Shown piece by piece: positions 1 through 12,479 of a stretch of DNA of 64,000 nucleotides. Each line of letters opens with the position of its first letter. Positions within the stretch are counted from its first letter, which is position 1. Source of the stretch: Paraspadella gotoi (Eukaryota; Animalia; Chaetognatha); assembly GCA_051294375.1 (NCBI GenBank), contig JBJCIZ010000744.1, forward strand, positions 1,993,252 to 2,057,251. The letters are read 5' to 3'. Both the position numbers and the translations under genes were made by a program. Below the pieces are notes generated by a model. That model did not search any database. It had not been told where the DNA came from and saw only the letters and a program-made list of their open reading frames with translations.

Positions 1-2100
1 CTCGAACGCCAAAAGACTTTTGTTCTATTATATAATTTGTACTAATATACCTTCAATTCTTCTCTCTTAACACCTTTCCTCCCACTTTCCTCCATCTAAA
101 ATCATCTTTTCAAAATTCTCCTCCTCATCCCCGGCGACTCCCAATTCGGCTTCTGATTGGTCCCTGATTGGCGGCCATTTTGACATTTTGGCGGAAGACG
201 AGAAAGATGTTGCGAGCGGAAGGGGGTAGAGGAGGGGAAAAAGAAAGGCGGAAAAAAGAAAGGGGGGGAAAAGGAAAGGGAGGAAGAAAGAAAGGGAGGA
301 AGAAGAAAGGAGAGGAAGAATAAAGGGAGGAGAAGAAGGGGAAGGAAAGAAAGGGAAGAAGAAAAATGGAAGAAGAAAAAATGGAGGAAGAAGAAAGGAG
401 GAAGAAGAAAGGGAAGAAGAAAAAAGGGAGGAAAAAGAAAGGGAAGAAGACGAAAAGGAGGAAGAAGAAAAGGAAGAAGGAGAAAAGGAGGAAGGAGAAA
501 AGGAGGAAGGAGAAAGGAAGACAAAAGAATAAAAAATCTTTTTTGCGACGAAGATAAAAAGAGGAGAGAATTGAATGGAAGATGTTGTTGTGATTCCGAA
601 ACCTCAAAAACTGGTCCTCAAATAAATTGAACTTAGAATGTATTAAAAGCAATAAAAATAAACATAATAGATTGTTTAACTCTCCGTTGTTTTTTTTTTT
701 TGTGTTAAAACAAACGAGTATTTCCAGGTAGAAATTTCGGACGACCAACAATTCAATGATTCGTCGCCTAAAAAAAGAAAAGAAAAAAAAAATAAAACAA
801 AGAAAACAGAGAGGAAACTCGATTGAAAGTTTTCAAAGGACGTGTTTGGGTTTCTGAGGTGAAGTCAGGCGAGGGAAGCTGAAATATGGCTGAAGAGAGT
901 TCAATGCCTTGTTTTATAATTTAATCAATTACGTGTTACAACTAAACGACGCTGAATTAAAAAAGTTATTTTTTTTTGGTTACGTAAACAGTAGGCAAAG
1001 TTTAAAGTTTAAAATTCATAATTTGAAAATTAAAGTTTAAAGCTTTAAATTCAAAATTTAAAATTTATTTCTTTGCATTTAATATTTTTATTTTTTTATT
1101 TAGTTTGAGTATGCATCATACAAACTTTGCTGTGCGCGACATCGGTGGCCAATGAAAATTCTCTAACGAACATTGAGATATCGAGGGGAAAGTGAGACTG
1201 AATAAGTGAATATCACACGAAGGAAACCTTTTGTGAAAAAAAAAGACGAAATAGAGTTGATGGATGGACTCACAATCAGTGAGATGAATTGGTGAGACGA
1301 GAGAGAGAGNNNNNNNNNNNNNNNNNNNNNNNNNNNNNNNNNNNNNNNNNNNNNNNNNNNNNNNNNNNNNNNNNNNNNNNNNNNNNNNNNNNNNNNNNNN
1401 NNNNNNNNNNNNNNNNNNNNNNNNNNNNNNNNNNNNNNNNNNNNNNNNNNNNNNNNNNNNNNNNNNNNNNNNNNNNNNNNNNNNNNNNNNNNNNNNNNAG
1501 AGAGAGAGAGAGAGAGAGAGATGATGAGTTCCTTCGTGACGAGACACGGGGACAAAAGAGGAAGGATACAGGGTGTTTCAAATTGAGCGATGAATTTAGA
1601 TGTAATGAAGTCGCTTTCATATTAAAATATCGGGACATCGATGATATTAAGTTATTTTATTTTTAGCTTAATTCTTTACATTTTTCTACACTAAGCATCA
1701 CATGTATCTTTTTTCTAATTTTAGGTTCGGCTCTTCCGGTTTTTATTTCCTTTTGTAATAACAAACAATCGTACATGAATTAATTTTCAAAAATTGAATT
1801 CAACGAACGTTACGTTCGATTTTCGACGTCACCTTGTCCCAAAACTCTTAGACGATCGAAAGAAAACCGAAAAAAAAAATTGGAAGAATTCGTCGTTTAA
1901 GATCAACTTTTTCATCGCCGTCGATGCGGCAGCTGGTGCAGCTGACGAAGCCGCGGCCGCTGCGACCGCCGCTGCAGGATTTCGGCGCCGCCGCGGCTGA
2001 CTTTTGTTGCCTTCACTGCCGCTGCGGCTACCGACCGACGCAGCCGCAGTAGCTGGAATCCATATCCAACATCTTTGCTATTATTTTCTCCTTTTTTCTC

Positions 2101-2456
2101 TTTTTTTAGTTGGGCCGCGAGTACTCGCGGAGTCACTTTTCGAACAGTTTGTCGGGCGGTCGTTCTGTCGTTGGGTATCTCTGTCCGTCAGTCTGTCCCA
2201 CTTATATTAAAATTGCATATAATTTACCTATTGTTGGTTGCTCATTTGTTAAGACAGAAAAAATCCTCATACCTACGTAAGTGACAGCTAGCGCCGCCTT
2301 CAGGAAATCCTAAAAATATAAGGAATAAAAGATGGAATTTTGATGAAGTGCATGTCATAAATACACTGACAAAGAATGTTTTGTCATGCAATGTCACGTC
2401 AGGACAAAGGAAAATACACGTGCGGCGCAACACATTGGAATTTCCGTTCTTGTTTC
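2101..2456 (+). mobile_element. Non-autonomous Helentron-associated (DINE-1/HINE-like) element, copy 1
   Basis: Starts in a T run with AGTTGGGCCGCGAGTACTCGCGG, then a GTCY-rich tract and core GCTAGCGCCGCCTTCAGGAAATCCTAAAA. 3' subterminal inverted copy GCGGCGCAAC; ends ...GTTCTTG-TTT. Homologous to 7012-7340 and 41529-41895. Confidence 0.65.
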
Positions 2457-2686
2457 TTTTTCACCATCTTTTTCTTTCCACTTATTCTCTCTCCTTCTTT
2501 TCACCATATTCTTCTTTTAACTTATTCTCTCTCCTTCTTTTCACCATCTTCTTCTTTTAACTTATTCTCTCTCCTTCTTTTCACCATCTTCTTCTTTTAA
2601 CTTATTCTCTCTCCTTCTTTTCACCATCTTCTTCTTTTAACTTATTCTCTCTCCTTCTTTTCACCATCTTCTTCTTTTAACTTATT
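2456..2686. repeat. 40-bp minisatellite, about 5.5 copies
   Basis: Unit CTTATTCTCTCTCCTTCTTTTCACCATCTTCTTCTTTTAA recurs at 2521, 2561, 2601 and 2641. Confidence 0.95.
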
Positions 2687-4202
2687 GGTGAAATAAAAGT
2701 AACGAGAGTTTTAAAGAGTGGAGAAGAGAAAGAGAAAAAAAACTTTGATTTGACAAATAAATATATTATTTAACTATATATACATATATATGTAGCTACT
2801 AGCTTATCTACTATATATACTATATGTAATATATATAATATATATATATTATATATACGTATATAGAGAGAGTATCGCGATCCCAAGTTTTGCTGTCTGC
2901 ATCTGGGATGGAAATTAATCCGAAGAAAAAAAACGGGGAGAANNNNNNNNNNNNNNNNNNNNNNNNNNNNNNNNNNNNNNNNNNNNNNNNNNNNNNNNNN
3001 NNNNNNNNNNNNNNNNNNNNNNNNNNNNNNNNNNNNNNNNNNNNNNNNNNNNNNNNNNNNNNNNNNNNNNNNNNNNNNNNNNNNNNNNNNNNNNNNNNNN
3101 NNNNNNNNNNNNNNNNNNNNNNNNNNNNNNNNNNNNNNNNNNNNNNNNNNNNNNNNNNNNNNNNNNNNNNNNNNNNNNNNNNNNNNNNNNNNNNNNNNNN
3201 NNNNNNNNNNNNNNNNNNNNNNNNNNNNNNNNNNNNNNNNNNNNNNNNNNNNNNNNNNNNNNNNNNNNNNNNNNNGGGAGGAGAGAAGGGGAGGGAGAGG
3301 GAGATGAGTAGCGGAGAGAACGATGGAGGAAGAAAGGGACAAAAGAATAGAGTTGGAAGACGTTGATACAGATCTATTGACAGATTGATTGATTTGATTG
3401 ATTGATGGTTGAATGATTGATTGATTTTATGATTGATTTTTTCATTCATTCACTCATTTATTCTTTCGTTCATTTATTTACTCATATATCTAATTATTTA
3501 TTTATTTTTCTATTTATTTATGGCTCGATTGATTGATTTATCGAAAATAAGAGGCGAATGTTTAGATATGTCGTGAAAGAGTCAATAATCAATATTAACT
3601 TACCACAGATTAGTCACCTCACCTTTTCTCCGTCATAAATTAAAAGCGGAACAATTTTCTTCAATAATTTCCCTGTGCTCATTCATTCAGAAGCATCAAA
3701 ACCGTTTTTGCCAAAATGTAAAAAAAAAGGGAAAGAAATTTTATCGGGAAAGAAGAAGAAAAAAAAGAAGATGGCGTCTGTGAGAAAACTTTTTTCAAAG
3801 GTCAAAAGAGACGAAAAAAAAGGAAAAGGAAAAAAAAGAAAAGGAAAAAAAAAAGAAAAGAAAAGAAAGTAAAAGAAAAAAAGAAAATAAGTTCTTTGAT
3901 GGAGATTCTCGGATTTTTGACGAGTCTCGTATTTTCTACGATTTTGTGGGACTTTTTTTGGGTGGTTGTTTGATGTTGTTTGATGTTGATGTTGTTTGAT
4001 GTGATGTTGTTTGTTCATGATGTTGTTGTTTTGGTTTGGGGTTGTGGTTGATGTTTTTTTTTTTACTTTTGTCGTTGTTGCTTTTGATGTTGTTGTGATT
4101 TTAGTTTCTCCCTTCGTCGTTGTCGTCATCGTCGTCTTTGTCATCCTTTTTTATCGTTCGCCTTCGTCTTTGTCAGTGGGTGTGTAGCCGGCGTCGTCAT
4201 GG

Positions 4203-4237
<35 letters not shown>

Positions 4238-4494
4238 TTAGTTGTCTTCCTTTCTACTTCCTATTTCTTTCTTTTTTTCCTTTTTTTTCTTTCTTTTTTT
4301 CTTTTTCGTCTCATGAAAATTTAATTTACAAAAAATCGTCAAAATGGAAAATTGAAGACGTTTCTTTCGTCGTCGTCTTCGTCGTCGTCGATGAAAGACT
4401 CGCAACAAAATTGATAAACACGAAAAATGTTGTAGAATCTTGAGACCAGAAAAATTTGATGGAAATAAGCGAAGAAAAGTCAGGGTCGACCAAG

Positions 4495-4680
4495 GGAACG
4501 AGCGAACGAAATGGAACGAGCGAACAAAAAACGGAACGAGCGAACAAAACGGAGCGAGCGAACAAAACGGAAAGAGTGAACAAAACAAAACGAGCAAACA
4601 AAACGGAACGAGCGAACAAAACGGAAAGAGTGAACAAAAAACGGAACGACTGAACAAAACGGAACGAGCGAACAAAACCA
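4495..4680. repeat. About 18-bp minisatellite, about 10 degenerate copies
   Basis: Unit GAACGAGCGAACAAAACG. Confidence 0.9.
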
Positions 4681-6450
4681 AATAGATAAACTTAAAAAGC
4701 GAGAAAAAAAAANNNNNNNNNNNNNNNNNNNNNNNNNNNNNNNNNNNNNNNNNNNNNNNNNNNNNNNNNNNNNNNNNNNNNNNNNNNNNNNNNNNNNNNN
4801 NNNNNNNNNNNNNNNNNNNNNNNNNNNNNNNNNNNNNNNNNNNNNNNNNNNNNNNNNNNNNNNNNNNNNNNNNNNNNNNNNNNNNNNNNNNNNNNNNNNN
4901 NNNNNNNNNNNNNNNNNNNNNNNNNNNNNNNNNNNNNNNNNNNNNCTAAACTAACATCTCGCCTTTAATATAAACAAACAAACAAACAAATTAGAACGAT
5001 TATCGGTTAAAAATGGACACGAAAAAAAAAGGAATAATTTGCGATTCGAAGTTGATTCGATTTGGTTGAAAGCTTATTCATTATCGGCCAACGACAAAAA
5101 AAAAAGCTTTTTATTCGATTATGGTTAAAAGGGAGAAGTGGGAAATAGGGAAGGGAAAAGGGGGGAAGGGTGGGAAGGGTGGGATAGATTAAGGGGTCAT
5201 TGGGGGAAGTAAAAGGGGGACAGGGTGGGATAGATTAAGGGGTCGTTGGGGGAAGTAATAGGGGGACAGAGAGACGGAAGGAAAAAGGCCTAAGCGAGGT
5301 TTTGTAAATTTTCCCCTTAATGAAGTCGATAGAAAATAAAATTACGCGTGTTAATCTTTCGGTTCTTGAAACGAATTTTTCCGATGGAAACGAAATTTTT
5401 ACGGGAATTTTTTTTGTTTCCTTTTGGTATCAACTACGCGGCAAAGGCAACAACAAAAAAAATTATTTTTCCAACTTTTAAATTGAATTAGAGTAATTTA
5501 AAAAAATAGCGACGTCGACGAAACTGCCTTATTTTATTTATAATATTTACTTGTGAATATTGATCGAACTCAACTGTTTTCGGACGTCTTCTTCGTCTTT
5601 GTCGTCGTCTTCGTCATCGTCGTCATTGTCTTCTTCATCGTCATTGTCTTCGTCATCGTCGTTGTCATCGTCCTTGTCACCGTCTTCGTCGTCGTCGTCT
5701 TTGTCATCGTCTTTGTCAGCGTCGGAATTGATGTCATCATTCTCATGGATTACAATTGCATAATCGTTGGCTACGTTCTTTTTCTGCAATGTATCCCAAC
5801 GATGGACAAAAAAAAATGATGACAGTTAACAGAAGTTTCTATGGTTGCCATGGTAACAAATAAAAACAACCGTCGCTCACCGATTTTTATAATAATAACA
5901 AAATTATTTATTACTAATTATCAAACACAATGCAACAAGAATAAAATAATTTCAGAAAGTAAAATATAAAGAACGAAAAACTAAGGAAAAAGATTCCGGA
6001 TGCAGTAAAAAAAAAAAAAAAAAATTACCAATTATCCACTTTACTTGATACTTGATACTTGAAATGCACATTTTTTCTCAATCTTGGTTGTCAAGGAGTC
6101 GTCGTTGCTATCGACATCCTCTTTGTCATCGCCGTCGTCGTCGGCGTCGTCATCTTTTTCGTCGTCGTCGTTGTCTTCGTCGTCGTCGTCTTCATCATCG
6201 TCTTTGTCATCGTCGTCGTCGTCAGCTTCGACACGATGTTGTTTTTGATTATGATGTCAGAATCGCAGCCCCCGCCCCCCACAAAAAATGGGGGGGAGTA
6301 AGGTAGAAAGGTTTTGGAGAAACTAAAGGGATGTATCTTTTGGGGAAGGTCTACAAAGAGTGGCCAGTGGTAGTGGTAGTAAAATTAAAAAGGTTTCTTT
6401 TTTCTTATTTAACTCGACTTTACTTCAAACCGCTTTCATAAGAATGAACA

Positions 6451-6452
<2 letters not shown>

Positions 6453-6527
<75 letters not shown>
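6453..6527. repeat. (AAT)n microsatellite
   Basis: Perfect AAT run. Confidence 0.97.
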
Positions 6528-6589
6528 GGCAACAAGTAGATTCGCCGGTTCGATCGAGATTAAAGTCAAAAAGTCGTCTGACCTTAAAA

Positions 6590-6756
6590 CACTCGTCGCA
6601 TGCGGGACGACGACGATGACGACGACGACGACGACCAAGACCAAAAAATAATAAAGAATGACCGCAATGACTGCGCGATGGTTTCCACGGTGGAAGGAAA
6701 GATTAAAAATGAAAAGCTCTTCAGATTGAAAGAGAGAGAGCAGAGAGCAGAGGGAG

Positions 6757-6800
<44 letters not shown>

Positions 6801-6898
6801 GTTTTGTTCTCAAGTGGTGCAAACAGTGTATGGGGCGGTTTGAGTGAATGCTAGACTCTTCTTTTTCGATTTCGTTGAGCGTGAATGCGAGTGCTAAC
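6590..6898 (+). repeat. Direct copy of 10655-10928
   Basis: Shared CCAAAAAATAATAAAGAATGACCGCAATGA...ACAGTGTATGGGGCGGTTTGAGTGAATG...GCGAGTGCTA. Confidence 0.88.
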
Positions 6899-7011
6899 TT
6901 GAGCTGTCGTCGTCGGTCCGTTGTCGTCGTCGCCGACCAAATCTTTATCCGATTCGCCGAGTTTAAATTAGCCCCCATTTTAATTTTTTTTTTTCTATTG
7001 CATTTTAAAAA

Positions 7012-7340
7012 AAAACAAGAACGTGTAAATTTCAATGTGTTGCGCCGCAGTGACTTTATTTTGACGAATGATATGAAATGATATGACATGACATGACCGA
7101 AAAACTTTCTTTGCCCATGTATTTCGGACATGCACTGCATCAAAATTCCGTCTTTTATTCCTTTAAAGTTTTAGGATTTCCTGAAGGCGGCGCTAGGAGT
7201 CACTGAGATTTGAGGTTTTTTCTTAACAAATATGCAACCAACTAGATACAAATTATATGCGTTTTTAACGTCAGTGGAACAGACCGACCGAAAAGTGACT
7301 TATAGAGTTGCTCAGCGAGTACTCGCGGAGCAACTAAAAA
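7012..7340 (-). mobile_element. Non-autonomous Helentron-associated (DINE-1/HINE-like) element, copy 2 (inverted)
   Basis: Reverse complement of copy 1: TTTTAGGATTTCCTGAAGGCGGCGCTAG core; GTTGCGCCGC subTIR at about 7049; 30-bp near-perfect palindrome AGTTGCTCAGCGAGTACTCGCGGAGCAACT at 7306-7335; A runs on both flanks. Confidence 0.68.
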
Positions 7341-7404
7341 GAATAAAAATGAAAGGGAATGCTCGTTGAATTAAACGAATCCGTCACAGACAGAGACTTT
7401 TCTA

Positions 7405-7518
<114 letters not shown>

Positions 7519-8411
7519 TTGCATGACAAAAATATGGCTTCTTTTTTTCTCCTCTTGGATTTTTTTCCCTTTTTTTTATTTTTATTTTTTCGCGACGAAA
7601 AACTGGAGGGTTGGGTTGGATTAGAAAATCGATGGACGGAATACGAAATCTGGTGGAGGATTTAAAGTTTCGTTTGTGGTCATTTGTGGTCATTTTTGGT
7701 CGTTTGTGGTCTTTTGTGGTCGTGAAAGACTTTAGATGTAAAGCGGTGGGATTTTGTTGTTGGTGACTCGGGTTTGGTGTTAAAAAAATGTTGTTACAAA
7801 CACAAGAAAGTGGATAGAGAAAAAGAATTTTGAGTGGGCAGTAGAGCGAGTCTAAATGGCGAGTACAGCGAGTCTAAATGGCGAGAATGGCAAGTCTAAA
7901 TGGTGGGAAGTCCCGGCGCCAGTTTGTCTCGAGAGTCGAAATCTTTTTTTTCCCTTCAATTCTCAGTCTCTCTCTCTCTCTCTCTCTCTCTCCTCTCTCT
8001 CTGCTCTCTCTCTCTTCCTCTTCTTCCTCCTTCTCTCTCTCTCTCTCATCTCTCTCCCTTTCTGCGGCGACATCAATCAGGCTCGCTGGGTCAATACGTC
8101 CCTCCGTGTCCCAGTCCGTCGTTCCGTCCATAAATTCGGTTCTTTTTCCCTAGAGGACCGAGCCTCGAATCTTTTGCGGTCAACCCCCAACTTTCATCTG
8201 CCTTCTCGTTAAAGGCCAATACAACATTGTACAGCGACGTACATTCGCTAGACAAATCTTGCCCAAAACATTATGTCCCATTTTCGTCTTCAAGAAGACA
8301 AATGATTAAAACCCATCGATAGCTGAACCGAAGGACTAAGTACAAATAGTCTTGCGGACGAAATACAATCATTTGTCCTCGAATTCTGCTTAAAAAACCT
8401 GATGGTCTCAA

Positions 8412-8443
<32 letters not shown>

Positions 8444-10765
8444 CTTTCGTCTCTCTCTCTCTCTCCCTCCTCCTCTCATCTCCTCTCTCGTCTCTCTCTC
8501 TCTCTCTGACGCCACGAAAGTCCAGACGACCTCCCGTGTTCGGTCTACGATATGTTTCGTTCCCTCGTTTCGTGCAACATTTCCAAGTCTCGACCGGCGA
8601 ACTGCGAGAGTTAACTGTTCTCGATCGATCAGTATATTTATATTATAGAAATAGAATATTAGTATTTTAACATTTTCTGTTCCCAAGTTTGTTTAGCTCG
8701 TCCTGTTAGAATATAAATCATTTTTTTAAAAACCAAGCAGAATATATATCGACTGCGTAAAACTTCCTCATCCTTTCTCTTCGTTTCCGTCATCATAAAA
8801 GTCAACTTTTTGACCCCCGAAGGCTCGACCTTTCTTCTTTTTCCTCCTCCTCTTCCGCCTCCTTTTCCTCTTCCTTTCTTTCATCTTTTTCCTCCTCCTC
8901 TTTCTCCTCCTCTTCCTTTCTTTCCTCCTTTTCTTCCTCCTTTTCCGCCTCCTTCTCTTCCTCTTCCTTTCTTTCCTCCTTTCTCCTCCTCTTCCTTTCT
9001 TTCCTCCTTTTCCTCCTCTTCCTCTTCCTTTCTTTCCTCCTCTTCCTCCTCCTCTTCCTCTTTTTTTCTTTCCTCCTTTTTCTCCGTCTCATTTCCTTAC
9101 TTGTCTGGTCAAGTCATTCTCCTTATTTTGTTCCCCTTTCCTGAGTTTCTATCCATTTATCCGTTTTTGTTTATCACTATCCGAAGTAGTATGTAGATGT
9201 AGTATTGTAGTAGTAACTATAAATGAGTTCTTTCGGAAATAATTTGTTCAACAGTTGTAATCGCTTCTCGTTTGTTAAGGTAATCGTCGTCGTCGTCGTC
9301 GTCGTCGTCTTCTTCTTGTCATCCTCTTTTGATTGCAAAATCCAAACATCTAACATGCTGACAGGTCGTGAAAATCATCATGACACTGACAAAACCATGT
9401 ACATACACATTTTGACGAAAGCGCTAAAATTTAAAAAAAAATTAATTAAAAATCTTAAAAAACTAANNNNNNNNNNNNNNNNNNNNNNNNNNNNNNNNNN
9501 NNNNNNNNNNNNNNNNNNNNNNNNNNNNNNNNNNNNNNNNNNNNNNNNNNNNNNNNNNNNNNNNNNNNNNNNNNNNNNNNNNNNNNNNNNNNNNNNNNNN
9601 NNNNNNNNNNNNNNNNNNNNNNNNNNNNNNNNNNNNNNNNNNNNNNNNNNNNNNNNNNNNNNNNNNNNNNNNNNNNNNNNNNNNNNNNNNNNNNNNNNNT
9701 CTCTCTCTCCGGCCGTCAAAACGCGCGATGGAAAAAAAAGGTAAGTTTTGTATGAATTAGGAAATACATTAAAGTAAGTAGACCCGCGGGGATAAAAACG
9801 CCGGAAGAGGANNNNNNNNNNNNNNNNNNNNNNNNNNNNNNNNNNNNNNNNNNNNNNNNNNNNNNNNNNNNNNNNNNNNNNNNNNNNNNNNNNNNNNNNN
9901 NNNNNNNNNNNNNNNNNNNNNNNNNNNNNNNNNNNNNNNNNNNNNNNNNNNNNNNNNNNNNNNNNNNNNNNNNNNNNNNNNNNNNNNNNNNNNNNNNNNN
10001 NNNNNNNNNNNNNNNNNNNNNNNNNNNNNNNNNNNNNNNNNNNNNNNNNNNNNNNNNNNNNNNNNNNNNNNNNNNNNNNNNNNNNNNNNNNNNNNNNNNN
10101 NNNNNNNNNNNNNNNNNNNNNNNNNNNNNNNNNNNNNNNNNNNNNNNNNNNNNNNNNNNNNNNNNNNNNNNNNNNNNNNNNNNNNNNNNNNNNNNNNNNN
10201 NNNNNNNNNNNNNNNNNNNNNNNNNNNNNNNNNNNNNNNNNNGACATGAACGACGGAAGCAGACGATGACGACGACGACGATGACGAACGACGAGACAGA
10301 CGACGATGACGACGAACGACGATGACGACAGACGACGACGACGACCGACTGAATCTAGAACCCGGGGGAAAAAAATTTTTTTGGACCGGGAAATAACCGA
10401 AAAACGAAAAAAACCCCGACGAGACGAGACGACGACGACGAACGACGATGACGACAACGATGACGACGAACGACGATGAGACGACGACGACGACGACGAC
10501 GAACACGATGACGACCGACGAACGACGATGACGACGACGACGACGACGAACGACGATGACGACGACGAATGAACGACGAACGACGATGACGACGACCGAC
10601 GACGAAGACGACGAACGACGAATGACGACGACGATGACGACGAACGACGAACGAACGACGACGACGACCGACAAGAACCAAAAAATAATAAAGAATGACC
10701 GCAATGATGCGCGATGGTTTCCACGGTGGAAAGGAAAGATTAAAAATGAAAAGCTTCTTCAGATT

Positions 10766-10843
<78 letters not shown>

Positions 10844-11782
10844 TCTCAATGTGCAACAGTGTATGGGGCGGTTTGAGTGAATGTAACTCTTCTTTTTGGA
10901 TTTCGTTGAGCCGTGAATGCGAGTGCTACGAAAGGGAGGGAGGCAGAATCCGAGAGTTGGTAACAAAGATGGCGACAAACAGGAAGAGTAACAATACGAG
11001 TTAAACCTCCGAAATGAGGCAAGAAAAGAAAAGAGGGAAAAAAGACGGAATATCGGTTCGCGCCCGTTCCCAACAATCTCATTTACATATTCGAGTAATC
11101 GATGTTTGCGAGATAAAGGAAGCGACGGCGGCGTCGATTCTTCTTCAGAGATGCGGCCCGAATCTCGGGAAAGTTCGGTGAAAAGGTGGAATTCTCTCAG
11201 CGGTGGTGATTAAAATCTAATTTGCATATTGCAGTACTTTTTTGGAGGCGGGTTATTTCCGTAGTTCGTTGTCGCTAAAACAGTTTTTTTTTCTCACGTA
11301 ATGTCGAATAAAGGAGTTTTTAATAAACATAAAGAGACGTTATTTTTAATTTATGAATAATAAACATAAGCTAAATACGACAGTTTTATGAATTGATAAT
11401 TGAAAATTCAAATTTAAATAAGCAATTTTTATTGATAAAAATGAATTTTATAATTTAAAAAAAAATTATATCTAATTTTATTAATAAAAAAAGTTTTTAA
11501 CATTCAGCAATGTTATAAGGTTTTATATTAGTGTTTTTTACTATATTTTTGTTATCAGAGTAGTTGTTATTTGTTTACCGTGTTCCAGTCTTTCTACGCT
11601 GTTATTAGTACCATAAAAAAAAAAAACACGTAAAAAAAGATTATCTCTATCGAACTAGTTTAACATTATTAACTTTTATCCTTCAAAACCAATTATAAAA
11701 TGAAAATCGAAATCCGATCTTTCAATCCTAATTTTCATTAATTTTTTCTCCTTTTTTCGGTCACGTCTTACTTTCTCTCCTC

Positions 11783-11817
<35 letters not shown>

Positions 11818-11974
11818 TTCTCTCTTCTCACTCTCTCCTCTCTCTCTCTCTCTCTTCTCTCTCCTATAATCCCATCATATATTCTTCTTTTTCCAAATCC
11901 TATTTTCGAATCTCATGGGCGAAACGTCGTCGCCCATTTTATTTTTTTTTCATTCGCGAGAATTTGGTTCCGGG

Positions 11975-12060
11975 GTGAGGATATTCTAGTGAGAACATTC
12001 TAGTGAGGACATTCTAGTGAGGACATTCTAGTGAGGACATTCTAGTGAGGACATTCTAGT
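11975..12060. repeat. 14-bp tandem repeat, about 6 copies
   Basis: Unit GTGAGGACATTCTA. Confidence 0.92.
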
Positions 12061-12479
12061 CGGAATGTTTGTTGAAAATTTTCAAAGGGACTTATTCGTT
12101 TCCATTTTTAAAATTAATAGATGGAATTTTTACAAATTTTTTTCTCCCATTTTTTTCGCCCTTTCATTTAATCCAAAGTTCTTTCTTTCTTTTTTTAACT
12201 CTCCTAACTTTTCTGAAGCATTTATTTATTAATATTGTTATCTAAAATACAAAATACAAAAAAATACGTTTCTATTTGTTTTTTGTTATCTCTCTCTCTT
12301 TTTTCTTTTTCATTAAATTTCCTTTTTTTCCCTCTTCATTTCCGTTTTCTTTTCCTAACATTTCTTCCTCTTCCCCCTTCCATTCCTCTCTCCCATTCTT
12401 CTCCTCTTCCTCTCTTTTCCTCTTCCTTGGCGTTTTCCTTGGAGGTGTATCGTGGTGAAAGTCCTGAGAGGACGTAAGT

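Noticed and set aside
1835-2060. Ala-rich GC island (minus frame TAAASVGSRSGSEGNKSQPRRRRNPAAAVAAAAASS...)
   Set aside because: Could be an exon or UTR, but the acceptor lacks a pyrimidine tract and no family is recognisable; not enough support to call.
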